DNA from: Eledone cirrhosa
Lineage: Eukaryota
Assembly (NCBI GenBank): GCA_964016885.1
Contig: CAXHJY010000232.1
Coordinates: forward strand, 1 to 54,155
DNA length: 54,155 nucleotides
Reading direction: 5' to 3'
Part shown: in pieces, positions 13,275 to 25,568 of the stretch
How positions within the stretch are numbered: the stretch's first letter is position 1
Layout: the number at the start of each line of letters is the position of its first letter
Program-made: the position numbers and the translations under genes
The notes under the pieces: generated by a model
Database searches by the model: none
What the model was told of the DNA's origin: nothing
Seen by the model: only the letters and a program-made list of their open reading frames with translations

Positions 13275-13635
13275 TAATCCAAAATATGTATATATATATG
13301 TGTATATATATATGTATATATATATATATATATATGTGTATATATATATATATATGTATATATATATACACATACATACATACATATATATATTTACACA
13401 TATATATGTATATATATACACATATATATATATATACACATATATATGTATATATATACACATACATATATATATATATACACATATATATGTATATATA
13501 TACACATACATATATATATACATATATATACACATACATATATATATACATATATATACATATATATATATGTATATATACATATACATATATATATATA
13601 AATACATATATATATACATATATATATACAAATAT
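13150..13635. repeat. (TA)n/(TG)/(CA) compound microsatellite
   Basis: Direct reading. Confidence 0.95.
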
Positions 13636-13823
13636 AGTTTCAGTGAGATCGTATTTTGGCAAAACAAAATGAAATGCAATTTTCGAGATATGCCGGCAAG
13701 CGCTCAATGGAAAAAGCCAGAGCAATTAACATATGTTATAAGGGCCAGACACATTATAAAAATGGCTGACAAACCAGGCAGCCGAAAAAACGAGCAAGCT
13801 AAACAGGTTAACGAAAAATTTAC

Positions 13824-13874
13824 CTGGACCTTCCTGGAACTTGGTGGTAAAATCCAGTGGGAGGTTTGGGACTC
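13824..13874 (-). other. Candidate 51-nt downstream exon of the host gene
   Basis: ttgatttag|GAGTCC...GTCCAG|gtaaat; open in phase 1 ([17 protein letters not shown]); weak polypyrimidine tract. Confidence 0.25.
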
Positions 13875-13969
13875 CTAAATCAAGTATACTGTCTAAATTT
13901 GTTGTAAGCTTTTGGTATAATGATTGAACAATATATATATATATGACAATGATGATGATGACATATATA

Positions 13970-14135
13970 TCATCATCATCATCACCGTTTTACGTCCGTT
14001 CTTCCCCACTACCATGGGTTAGATGTGTTGTCCTGTTGTGGGCAGTAGCCGGTCGGCTGACCATGTCTTGCTCATACGGGAACTGATTCTGGCTTGATTT
14101 CTACAGCTGGATGCCCTTCCTAACACCAACCTCAT
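13970..14135 (-). mobile_element. RTE-LINE 3' tail fragment
   Basis: catcatcatc...gttttacgtccg...ttctacagctggatgcccttcctaacaccaacc, the reverse complement of the tail at 19960-20125. Confidence 0.75.
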
Positions 14136-14140
14136 TTAAA

Positions 14141-15185
14141 GTGAGTGCGTGAGGGTAACAGTTGAGATGTGAGTGAGTGAGGGTAACAGTTGAGATGTGA
14201 GTGAGTGAGGGTAACAGTTGATATATAAGTGATTGGGGCTAATATTTGAGATGTGAGTGATGGAGGATAACATCTAAGATGTGAGTGAGTGAGGGTAACA
14301 TTTGAGATGTGAGTGAGTGAGGGTAATATTTGAGATGTGAGTGATTGAGGGTAACATCTGTGGTGTGACTGAGTGAGGGTTTAATCTGAGGTGTGAGTGA
14401 GTGAGGGTAACAGTTGAGATGTGAGTGAGTGTGGGTAATATTTGAGATGTGAGTGAGTAATGGTAACATCTGAGGTGTGAGTGAGTGAGGGTAACATCTG
14501 AGGTGTGAGTGAGTGAGGGTAACAGTTGAGATGTGAGTGAGTGAGGGTAATATTTGAGATGTGAGTGATTGAGGGTAACATCTGTGGTGTGACTGAGTGA
14601 GGGTTTAATCTGAGGTGTGAGTGAGTGAGGGTAACAGTTGAGATGTGAGTGAGTGTGGGTAATATTTGAGATGTGAGTGAGTAATGGTAACATCTGAGGT
14701 GTGAGTGAGTGAGGGTAACATCTGAGGTGTGAGTGAGTGAGGGTAACAGTTGAGATGTGAGTGATTGAGGATATTTGAGGTGTGAGTGAGGATAATATTT
14801 GAGGTGTGAGTGAGGGTAACAGTTGAGATGTGAGTGAGTGAGGGTAATATTTGAGATGTGAGTGATTAAGGGTAACATCTGAGGTGTGAGTGAGGGTAAG
14901 AGTTGAGATGTGAGTGATTGAGGGTAAGAGTTGAGATGTGAGTCATTGAGGATAATATTTGAGGTGTGAGTGAGTGAGGATAATATTTGAGGTGTGAGTG
15001 AGTGAGTAGCAGTTGAGATGTGAGTGAGTTACGGTAAGATTTGAGATGTGAGTGAGTGAGGGTAACAGTTGAGATGTGAGTGAGGGTAAGATTTGAGATG
15101 TGAGTGAGGGTAACAGTTGAGATGTGAGTGATTGAGGATAATATTTGAGGTGTGAGTGAGGATATCCACTGAGGTGTGAGTGAAT
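14141..15185. repeat. 28-bp minisatellite (gtgagtgagtgagggtaacagttgagat) with a 224-bp higher-order duplication
   Basis: Direct reading; identical variant blocks are offset by 224 bp. Confidence 0.92.
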
Positions 15186-15387
15186 AACAACTGAAAGTGT
15201 GTAGATTTATCAAGGAAAATAAGTAGGAATAATGTTATAAAAGAAAAGTGATGTGGAAGATATTTATTTGCATTGAATGTGGAGTTGGAAACAAGGTAAG
15301 TATAGAAAGGGAGTTGATAATAACAGAATATAACAACTTACGGTAGTCAGTAAATGGAGATCATATTTCAGTAACAGGAGGAGCAGA

Positions 15388-15520
15388 TTAAAGAGCCCCA
15401 AATGGTGGTGCTGGAATCACCCATGGTTTTTCATCAAAGCTCAGGTCAGACATAGTTGATAAAAAGGATTCGAATCTTGAAGGGGTATCTAACATGTCCC
15501 CAATGTTATCGAGAAAGTTC
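15388..15520 (-). CDS. Host gene exon 8 (last coding exon in window): KNFLDNIGDMLDTPSRFESFLSTMSDLSFDEKPWVIPAPPFGAL*
   Basis: Acceptor tttgtcag at 15521-15522; phase 2 matches the previous exon; TAA at 15388-15390; a GTAAGT donor follows at 15341. Confidence 0.75.
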
Positions 15521-16098
15521 CTGACAAATAAGAATGTGAATAGAATTATTAAAGATTTTATAGTGAATCAAAGAAAATGCTGACACAACAAGAGTTTTAA
15601 ATTTCAAAAACATTTATCTGCGATAGAAGGTATAGCAGGGTATTATATTACAACAAAATATGATTCAGGTAGCTTTTTCTTCATTATATATATATATATA
15701 TGATGTGACCATCATCATCAGACAAATGTTGTCATTAAGCATTTAATTATCAAACTTCAAAATGTACAACTATTTTTACTTTTACTTTAACGACTAGACA
15801 TACATACTGTAACTAGCTTATCTTCACATAAACATTTTATTCATCAAAATACCTTTGACTGAAGGCCCAAGAAACTTTGTTAAATGCCCACCAGCTTGTA
15901 TGCCTCTCTCTAACCAACTAATTCTCATGTTCTAACTAGAGCAACATTTTATAAACCCTAGGCATGGTCATCAATATTATTTTTTTTCTATTTGGTTTTC
16001 ATCCCATATTGTAATGTTTTTTTCATCTTGATTACATAACTACGTGTTTAGCTCTACAGCTACCACTCCCAAAAGATGTAAATGAAATTAAAACTTAC

Positions 16099-16286
16099 TT
16101 CAAATCTAAATAGCAAAGATAATCAGAGCTACTGAAATACAAAGCTATATAAGTGTTTAAATTTTTGAAGTCGAAATAATTTTCCTGAACATAGAAGATA
16201 TTGTCATATATGAGGCAGGTTTCGTTCCGAAGAACAAGAATTTCTGTGTTTGGAATAAAAGTATACCACACCTCAAGTTTTTGAAC
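16099..16286 (-). CDS. Host gene exon 7 (VQKLEVWYTFIPNTEILVLRNETCLIYDNIFYVQE...LDL)
   Basis: tttttgtag acceptor, GTAAGT donor, 188 nt open, phase 0 to 2; absent from the ORF track. Confidence 0.85.
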
Positions 16287-16569
16287 CTACAAAAATAAAT
16301 ATAATAATCAAATAAAAATTAGTCAATTAGATAAACAAACACAGTTGAAAGTAGCTATATACACCCTGGATATACACCAACAAACTGTTTGTAGGCACTG
16401 ACAAAGCTATATAAGATACTGGATAACTGTTAATTAGCCTGAGATAATACTGTAAAATTTTAGATTTTCAGCATGCAGGTATGCTTGAATATACACACAT
16501 TTATGTCAATATTTGCATACATTTAACATATATAAATACTAAAAAAAGGTAATAATAATAATAATGTAA

Positions 16570-18543
16570 TGCAATGCAAAACAAAAAAAATCAACAAAAA
16601 AACAACCCCACCATGGCTTGGATTGATTACCAAAAAGCATTTGACAGTGTTCCCCATACATGGATACTCAACACACTAGCCATGAATAACAACATTTATT
16701 AAACTAGCCAAGAATAACAACATTTATTAAACATGCCATGAGTAAATGGCAAATAATTCTGCTGATACAAACAAAGGATAAAACAATAAAAACAGAGCCT
16801 ATCCCAATCAACAGAGGCATATTTCAAGGAGACTCCCTATCACCACTGCTTTTCTGTCTAGCATTAACACCACTATCTGAACACTAAACAGAACTGGATT
16901 ACAGTATAAATGCTACAATTGGAAAATTAACATTCCCCTATATATGGATGATCTAAAGCTGTATGCTACAAATGAAAAACAACTCCAAACAACTGCTCCA
17001 AACTGTACACAGATTCACAAAAGAAATAGGTATGAAATTTGCATTAGGAAAATGTGTCAAGGCAACTTTAAAGAGAGGAAACTGGTGAAAAGCAATAATA
17101 TAAAGTTAGTTAAAGAAACAGAAACAAGAGAACAAGATCAAACTCAAACGTACAAATACTTAGGAATTAATGAACTAAATAAGATTCAACAAACACAGGT
17201 GAAAGAAAAGATTAGAAAAGAATGCTACAGAAGAATTAGGTTAATACTCAAAACTGAACTAAATACAAAGAATAAGGTGATTGGCATCAACACTTTAGCA
17301 GTCCCAGTAATGGGCTACAACTTTAACATTCTGAATTGGACACTAAAAGAACTAGCTGGAATAGATAGAAAAACAAGAAAAATAATGACCGCATTTAGAA
17401 TATACCATCCAAAATCAGACATAGAAAGATTATACTTACCAAGACCACAAGGAGGAAGGGGCCTTATGCAACTAGAAAACTCTTATAAAATAACTACTGT
17501 AGGACTACAAAAATACCTAATCAAAAACAAAGGAAAGCTAATACAAATAGCCATGAAACATGAACAAAACAAAAAACTGTTCTTGGTCTTCAGGGAAGCC
17601 AAAAAATTCAAATCAGAAACTGGACTAACAGATAGTAGTGAGGAAAATGAAAACAAAGAAAAAAAAAACAACAGAAATTGTGAAAGACATAAAATTTAAA
17701 TTTAAAACTCACATCCATAATGCCATGTTAAAACGATGGCAAGAGAAATCCTCACATGGCCAATACCCCAAAAAGCTAAATAGAAAGGAAGTAGATAAAG
17801 AAAACACACAAAAATATGTCCGAAGCACTGGACGAAAAACTGAGATGGAAGGATTTCTAATTACAACACAGGACCAGAGTCTACCTACCAGAAACTATTA
17901 GAAGTACATAATGAAACAAAGCACAATAAGTAACTAGAATATGTGGAGATAAGAAAGAAACAATCAACCACATAGTCTCTGGATGCCCAGCTCTAGCCAA
18001 AAAAGAATATATCCACAGCATGATAGAGTTGGGATCTTCATACACTGGAGGTTATGCCAGCATTATGAAATACCAACAGAAAAAAGATGGTACTAACCAG
18101 AAAAAGTGTCAGACAATGACAAAGCAAACATTCTCTGGGATATGCCAATACATACAGACAGAGAGTCAAAGACCACAAAGAAAAAAATACCTTCTAATAG
18201 ATGTATCAATCACTACAGATGACAATATATCTTCTAAGGAAATAGAGAAACTCTCCAAATATAAAGATCTAGAGGGAGAAATAACTCAAATGTGGAAAAC
18301 GAAATCAGAAACAATACCTATAATAATAGGTGCTCAAGGAATGATAAAAAAATGTACAGACAAGTACATAGCAAAACCCCCAGGACTTACATATATATAC
18401 AGCATACAAAAGATAACACTACTAGGCACTGCACACATATTACGAAAAGTACTATCAATACAATAGAAACAACATCACCAGCAAAAATTACACTGCTTAT
18501 ATCCAAAGTGCACAGAGCTGTGCTCGGTAAAGCAGTAATGATG
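16570..18543 (+). mobile_element. Degenerate 5'-truncated Dong/R4-like non-LTR retrotransposon (RT + CCHC + restriction-like endonuclease)
   Basis: MAWIDYQKAFDSVPH, RGIFQGDSLSPLLF, YMDDLKL, YKYLG, RLYLPRPQGGRGL, ETINHIVSGC, LIDVSI..KLSKYKDL, LLGTAHILRKVL; frameshifts and stops; (TAA)n upstream. Confidence 0.88.
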
Positions 18544-18544
18544 T

Positions 18545-20125
18545 GCTATAGAGGCATTAAATTAATCGACCAGGTCATGAAGGTCACAGAAAAAGTAATA
18601 GCGCAACTAATCAGAGAGTGAATTGATCTAGATGAAATGCAGTTCGGGTTTGTGTCAGGTAAAAGTACCACAGACGCTCTTTTCATTGTACGACAACTAC
18701 AGGAGAAGTACCTAGCTAAAAGTAAACCCCTATACTTAGCTTTTGTCGACTTGGAGAAAGTCTTTGACAGAGTCCCCCGTTCCATTATCTGGTGGGCTCT
18801 TAGAAAACTAGGTGTTGATGAATGGCTTGTGAGAGCTATACAAGCCATGTATAAAGAAACAGTCAGCAAGGTTAGAATTAACAACGAATATAGTGAAGAG
18901 TTTAGCGTAAAAGTTGGTGTTCATCAGGGCTCCGTTCTTAGCCCCCTACTATTTATTATTGCCCTTCAGGCTATAACAGAGGAGTTCAAGACCGTCTGCC
19001 CATAGGAACTCCTATACGCAGATGATCTAAAGCTCATAGCTGAATCAATGGCTGAACTAGAGAAGAAATTCCAAACATGGAAGCATGGCCTAGAATCAAA
19101 AGGCCTTAAAATTAACCTGTCTAAGACTAAAGTTCTAGTTTGTAGGAAGGAAAATAGGGCACCGGTCCCATCCGGAAAATGGCCATGCTCAGTGTGTAGG
19201 AAAGGAGTAGGTAGAAACTCCATTTTATGTCCCAAATGTAAAGTATGGGTGCATAAAAGATGTAATGGGATCACAGGTAAGCTAACTAAGAACATAGATT
19301 TTATATGTGGCCGGTGCTCTGGTGTAATAAGTAGCAGCAAGTGCCCACTGAATACTAGCTCATTCCATTGCACAGATGGTTCTAATAGAAATAGTGGACA
19401 CCTTCCGTTACTTGGGTGACAAAATCAGCAGTGGTGGAGGGTGCTCTGAAAGTACAGTAGCTAGAGTCAGAACTGGATGGAAAAAGTTCAGAGAGCTTAC
19501 ACCACTATTAGCCGCTAAAGGGTTCTCTCTAAAAATGAAAGGCAGGCTGTATGATGCCTGCATACGAACAGCAATGTTACATGGCAGTGAGATAAAAATA
19601 GACGGTAGCTACGGAGTAGGCAGACCCAGAAAAACCTGGGACGACTTGATAAATTCCGAACTCACACACTTACACCTCTCCAAGACAATGTCACTGGACC
19701 GAGATCTTTGGCGCTACACAGTAATACAGAAGACCCACCTTACCTAAGTACAAAGTGAAACCTACTACAGTCAGTAGGCACCTCTAACAAAAATACACCC
19801 CCGTCCCACTACCTCCACACCACCCCTTTCAATGTAAAGTTATGTTGGTACCACAACACCCAGACCTAAATAAATGAGGTTGTGTAGGTGTCACGACAAA
19901 AGAACACACAGTACACGCTGTAATGTGGCCGTGTAGGTAACACGGTAAAAACCTCCCAGTCTACACTGTAAATGTGGTTGGTGTTAGGAAGGGCATCCAG
20001 CCGTAGAAAACCCGCCAGACAGTCCTATGCGAGTAAGACAACCACTCTTGCCTCAAGTGGGAAAACTCCCGTCCAAACCCATGCAAGCGTGGAATATGGA
20101 CGTTAAACGATGATGATGATGATGA
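18545..20125 (+). mobile_element. 5'-truncated RTE-clade LINE with PHD-type insertion in ORF2, internal deletion, (GAT)n tail
   Basis: YRGIKL, QFGFVSGKSTTDA, AFVDLEKVFDRVP, GVHQGSVLSPLLF, LYADDL, FRYLG, GRPRKTW; ends ggacgttaaacgatgatgatg. Confidence 0.9.
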
Positions 20126-20162
20126 ATAAAAATGATAATGGAAATAATAATAATAATAATAA

Positions 20163-20280
20163 GTAAAAGTATGAAATCCTGGGAGACAGAGCTAACATCA
20201 GGTGGAGAATCCTTGGGAGGAGTGAAGATCAAGAGAGGTATCTTCCAAGGAGATAGTTTATCCCCTCTGTTGTTTGTCTT
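20163..20280 (+). mobile_element. Short Dong/R4-like RT fragment
   Basis: MKSWETELTSGGESLGGVKIKRGIFQGDSLSPLLFV directly after (TAA)n. Confidence 0.7.
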
Positions 20281-20569
20281 TAAACAATACTACAAACAAA
20301 CACTAACATGTATAGTTACATACACATAGATATATATATAAGAGAATAAGAATAATAGTGTAACAGAATAAGTTAGAATAGACAAATAATACAATAGAAT
20401 AAAGAGAACATCAGAAAATAATGCAGACTAACATAGAAATAGTCCTAAGAGAAACATATATTTCAAATGTATAATAGAAAGAATCAAGGAGAAAGGAATG
20501 TAACTTAACAGACACACAGAATCAATACACAGACACACACATGATGGCAGTTGAAATGAAATAGTTGAA

Positions 20570-21655
20570 CTTCTTCTTCACCTACTTATCCCTGATAGAG
20601 CCCTCATAACAATCCTTCGAGCAGTTTCGGCTGGGTCTCCAAGTGAGACTCATCCAAGCTCATGGATGTTATCCAACCATCTTGCTCTGGGTCTACCCTT
20701 GGGTTTCCTGCTGATTGGTTTTGCCCATAAAATCTGTTCAGCAATTCTTTCCTGAGACATTCTAACCACATGTCCATAGTATAAGAGCTGTGATCTCTCA
20801 ATTTGGAGAAGTAGCGGCTCTACCTGGAGTAACTCTCTGATCTCTGAGCTATGCATTTTATCAAGTAACGTTACTCCAAGTACCCTTTGGAGGAATCCCA
20901 TTTTGGCTGCTTGTATTCACAATCATATTCTTTTGGTCATTACTTAAGATTCATGACCATAGGTTAAGGTAGGCACAAATACTGAATTAAAGATAGTGAG
21001 TTTGGTTTTTACGCCTACCTCCCTTTTTCTGATTACCGAATGTTGAAGCTGGCACATTACTACACCAGCTCCTGCAATTTTTGCACTTAATTAAGCTACC
21101 TGCCTTCCATCGCTTGTGAACATGACCCCAAGATACTTGAACTTCTCTACTTGTTTCAGTGGAACTCCATTCACATATAGAATGCACTGCATATTCACAC
21201 TGCAACAGGTCTTCAAAAAATTGTGGGAGCATTGCCAAGATGTATATTCTTGTTTTGTTGACCTTGAAAAAGCATATGACGATGTTCCTCAGGACCTACT
21301 ATGGAAGGTTGTGCAGGAGTATGGGGTCGATGGTCAGATTCTTGCTACCCTAATGTCTCTAAAGGAATGCCTGAGTATATGTGTTTAGAGAAATGGTGCT
21401 AAATCAAAACCATTCAATGTGGGAGTTGGGCTCTGCCAAGAGTGCATACTGTTACCACTCCTGTTCATTATTTACAGGATCGACATGTGCAGCCCAGTTG
21501 GAAGTGGTATCATGACTGGCAGGTGTAAAATCAGTCGACTGGAATTTGCAGACGACATGATGTTATTTAACTCGACAGAAGATGATCTCTGACTTACACT
21601 TGATAGGTTTGATGCTGAGTGCTGCATGGCTGGAATGAAAATCAGTGCTGTGAAA
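20570..21655. mobile_element. RTE-like LINE with 5' inversion: 3' part on minus strand (20570-21187), upstream RT part on plus strand (21188-21655)
   Basis: Minus: VNGVPLKQVEKFKYLG...YGHVVRM...GRPRARWLD, (GAA)n tail. Plus: IFTLQQV..CFVDLEKAYD..LEFADD..GMKIS. Confidence 0.85.
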
Positions 21656-21670
21656 AAATGTTGGACTAAC

Positions 21671-21909
21671 CGTTAAAAATTTCCAATGTACAATTGTATC
21701 ATGAAAACTCAGTTGTTTCCATTTGTTATAAATTTCTGGGAAAGAATTGTACAGGTAACACTGAATTGGATATATAATTTGATGCATGTAGTTTTGGAGT
21801 TCATAGCAAGGCTTGAACATTTCCGTTTTGATGTCTTCTTTAATGCAATTACTCAGAAAACCAATCTTAAACAAATCATAAAAATATCGGATATGTTTTC
21901 TCTTCTCAT
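21671..21909 (-). CDS. Host gene exon 6 (DEKRKHIRYFYDLFKIGFLSNC...WKFLT)
   Basis: ttattttag acceptor, GTTAGT donor, 239 nt, phase 1 to 0. Confidence 0.88.
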
Positions 21910-21952
21910 CTAAAATAAATAAGAAAAGGAAAAAAGATATTAGATGTAATAA

Positions 21953-22822
21953 TGTGAACATATATATAAACATATTTTAGTCATATAGTCAAAGGTAAAC
22001 ATATATATAAACATATTTTAGTCATATAGTCAAAGGTGAACATATATATAAACATATTTTAGTCATATAGTCAAAGGTGAACATATATATAAACATATTT
22101 TAGTCATATAGTCAAAGGTGAACATATATATAAACATATTTTAGTCATATAGTCAAAGGTGAACATATATATAAACATATTTTAGTCATATAGTCAAAGG
22201 TGAACATATATATAAACATATTTTAGTCATATAGTCAAAGGTGAACATATATATAAACATATTTTAGTCATATAGTCAAAGGTGAACATATATATAAACA
22301 TATTTTAGTCATATAGTCAAAGGTGAACATATATATAAACATATTTTAGTCATATTGTCAAAGGTAAACATATATAAATGTATTTTAGTCATATAGTCAA
22401 AGGTGAACATATCTATAAATGTATTTTAGTCATATAGTCAAAGGAGAACATATATATAAACATATTTTAGTCATATAGTCAAAGGTAAACATATATAAAT
22501 GTATTTTAGTCATATAGTCAAAGGTGAACATATATATAAACATATTTTAGTCATATAGTCAAAGGTGAACATATATATAAACATATTTTAGTCATATAGT
22601 CAAAGGTAAACATATATATAAACATATTTTAGTCATATAGTCAAAGGTGAACATATATATAAACATATTTTAGTCATATAGTCAAAGGTGAACATATCTA
22701 TAAATGTATTTTAGTCATATAGTCAAAGGAGAACATATATATAAACATATTTTAGTCATATAGTCAAAGGTAAACATATATAAATGTATTTTAGTCATAT
22801 AGTCAAAGGTGAACATATATAA
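21953..22822. repeat. AT-rich minisatellite, about 41-bp unit (agtcatatagtcaaaggtgaacatatatataaacatatttt), block 1
   Basis: Direct reading. Confidence 0.95.
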
Positions 22823-23368
22823 ACCAGATAGAAAAATGCGTACAGCAAAAAAAAGTAATATTGTTGGAATATAAACCTTTAAAAATACAGGACAAGAAAC
22901 TAAAATAAAACTTTAAAAGAATAGGACAAGAAACTAAGATAAAACTTTAAAGAATTGGACAAGAAATAAAAAAATTTAAAGTTCTTTTGAGTATAATTGC
23001 AATCTAGTTGAGGCTTAATGACAAAGCTAGTAAATCATGAATGCATTTGAGATGATTAGTGCATAATAGTGAATTGGTGAAACTTGTGCATTTCAATGGT
23101 GTTACGGATAAAAACTGATAGTGCTGTCTACGACCTTTATATAGGATTGTCATGTTTCTCTGTATCTGCAATGTGGGTATACAAAATAAGAATTATGATA
23201 TTAACTTTTATTTAAAATCCCCCAAAATGCTGTGCATGAAAACTTCAAAAAGTAATTCTATTTCTATTGATGACCTCTTAGTTGCTCATACTAATTTTGT
23301 AAAAGATTTCAAGCCAATAATCAGAATGATCTGGTATAATTTTTATGCAGATAAATGACTAATTAGTA

Positions 23369-23440
23369 TAAAGGGCCATCCAGATATCATGTGGACACCG
23401 CGAACCAAAAATGGTCACATGATATCTGGATGGCTCCTAA
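23369..23440. mobile_element. Collapsed MITE-like hairpin
   Basis: gggccatccagatatcatgtg ... cacatgatatctggatggctcc, flanked by taa-like sequence. Confidence 0.5.
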
Positions 23441-23817
23441 GCATCCCCTCCACATGGCGGGGACATGGGTCATCATCGTGGAGCACTCACCTATTTTTAA
23501 AATATTAGACTATGATAAATGAATTTAGTTAAAAATACAATTTGAAATATATTAGATTACCTCCCCTAGCGTCACGCTTACTACTCACTCACTTGAACAC
23601 AAGATTTATCAGCAAACTTTGATTATAAACTTTTTCCCGCTGGACCAAATTTCTAGATTTTGAAGCCAAAAGATGCATAATGATCTACTGTTCATGCTCA
23701 TATAAGTTTTATCTCAGTTAAATAAAGTAGAGCCGCGCTGTACTGTCGTAAACAGACGATTGCCAACGAAAACACGACCACAACAATATTACTAAACGGA
23801 CTACTGTCCGTTTAGGA

Positions 23818-23925
23818 TGTATTTTAGTCATACTGTCAAAGGTGAACATATATATAAATGTATTTTAGTCATATAGTCAAAGGAGAACATATATATAAAC
23901 ATATTTTAGTCATATAGTCATATAG
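23818..23925. repeat. Same minisatellite, block 2
   Basis: Direct reading. Confidence 0.9.
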
Positions 23926-24528
23926 TCGCTGTCTCATCCAAAGACGTGCCCAGAGTCATGCAGACAACGTTTCCAGCGACAACATTGGTCTTAGGTGTCG
24001 TCATGCCTCCTCACTTATTCCCTGAGGGCCTCAAGCTGAACACCGATGGCTACATCCGCGTTCTGAGTGAGGTAGTAAAGCCCTGGATCGACCAGGTAGC
24101 TGCAGGTAGGCCGTACGTGTGGCAGCAAGATTCAGCGCCCTGCCATACCAGCCGAAAGACCCAAGCCTGGCTGTCAGAGAACTTCGTCGACCACACTTTA
24201 CCTGACTGCAACCCCCTCGACTTCTTTGTGTGGGGCACAGTGGAACGAAACACCAACAGATCTAGCTGCAATACGAAAGACGATCTGAAGGCCAGGATCA
24301 CAAGTGCCTTTAGGAGCCTAAGTCGGGGACAGTGACGAAGGCCTGTAGCCGGTTCCGAGGCCGCCTTGAGGCCGTCATCAAAGCCAATGGCGGGTTTATC
24401 AAGTGAGATCGAAAGAAAAAGTCATGAAAACAAACTGACCCAAGTTTGATAAATATATCTTAAAAAATAAAACTACTGTTATTTTTTCCTAGACAGTAAT
24501 CTTGCGAACAAATATCATCCGCACCCTG
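23926..24528 (+). mobile_element. 3' fragment of a Tc1/mariner-superfamily (probably DD37D/maT) transposon with right TIR
   Basis: YVWQQDSAPCHTSRKTQAWL...PDCNPLDFFVWG...GGFIK*; ends ...ccgcaccctg|TA. Confidence 0.85.
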
Positions 24529-25398
24529 TAGTCAAAGGTGAACATATATATAAATGTATTTTAGTCATATAGTCAAAGGTGAACATATATATAAATATAT
24601 TTTAGTCATATAGTCAAAGGTGAACATATATATAAATATATTTTAGTCATATAGTCAAAGGTGAACATATATATAAATATATTTTAGTCATATAGTCAAA
24701 GGTGAACATATATATAAATATATTTTAGTCATATAGTCAAAGGTGAACATATATATAAATATATTTTAGTCATATAGTCAAAGGTGAACATATATATAAA
24801 TATATTTTAGTCATATAGTCAAAGGTGAACATATATATAAATATATTTTAGTCATATAGTCAAAGGTGAACATATATATAAATATATTTTAGTCATATAG
24901 TCAAAGGTGAACATATATATAAATATATTTTAGTCATATAGTCAAAGGTGAACATATATATAAATATATTTTAGTCATATAGTCAAAGGTGAACATATAT
25001 ATAAATATATTTTAGTCATATAGTCAAAGGTGAACATATATATAAATATATTTTAGTCATATAGTCAAAGGTGAACATATATATAAATATATTTTAGTCA
25101 TATAGTCAAAGGTGAACACATATATAAATATATTTTAGTCATATAGTCAAAGGTGAACATATATATAAATATATTTTAGTCATACTGTCAAAGGTGAACA
25201 TATATATAAATATATTTTAGTCATATAGTCAAAGGTGAACACATATATAAATATATTTTAGTCATATAGTCAAAGGTGAACATATATATAAATATATTTT
25301 AGTCATACTGTCAAAGGTGAACATATATATAAATGTATTTTAGTCATATAGTCAAAGGTGAACACATATATAAATGTATTTTAGTCATACTGTCAAAG
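24529..25398. repeat. Same minisatellite, block 3
   Basis: Direct reading. Confidence 0.95.
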
Positions 25399-25568
25399 AA
25401 TCTTTATAAGACACAGTACACAGATGAGTTGGCAGCTATAGAATTGACATAAACTGATGTTGTGATCTTTCAAAACTGATTATATCAGTAGATTATATGG
25501 TACAAATAACTAAAATTTGGTGAGGTCATATTTAGAAGGTAATATAAATATTGACCTTACATTAATGT

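Noticed and set aside
14239-15213. THSHL-repeat ORFs
   Set aside because: Translations of the 28-bp minisatellite; the unit is not a multiple of 3.
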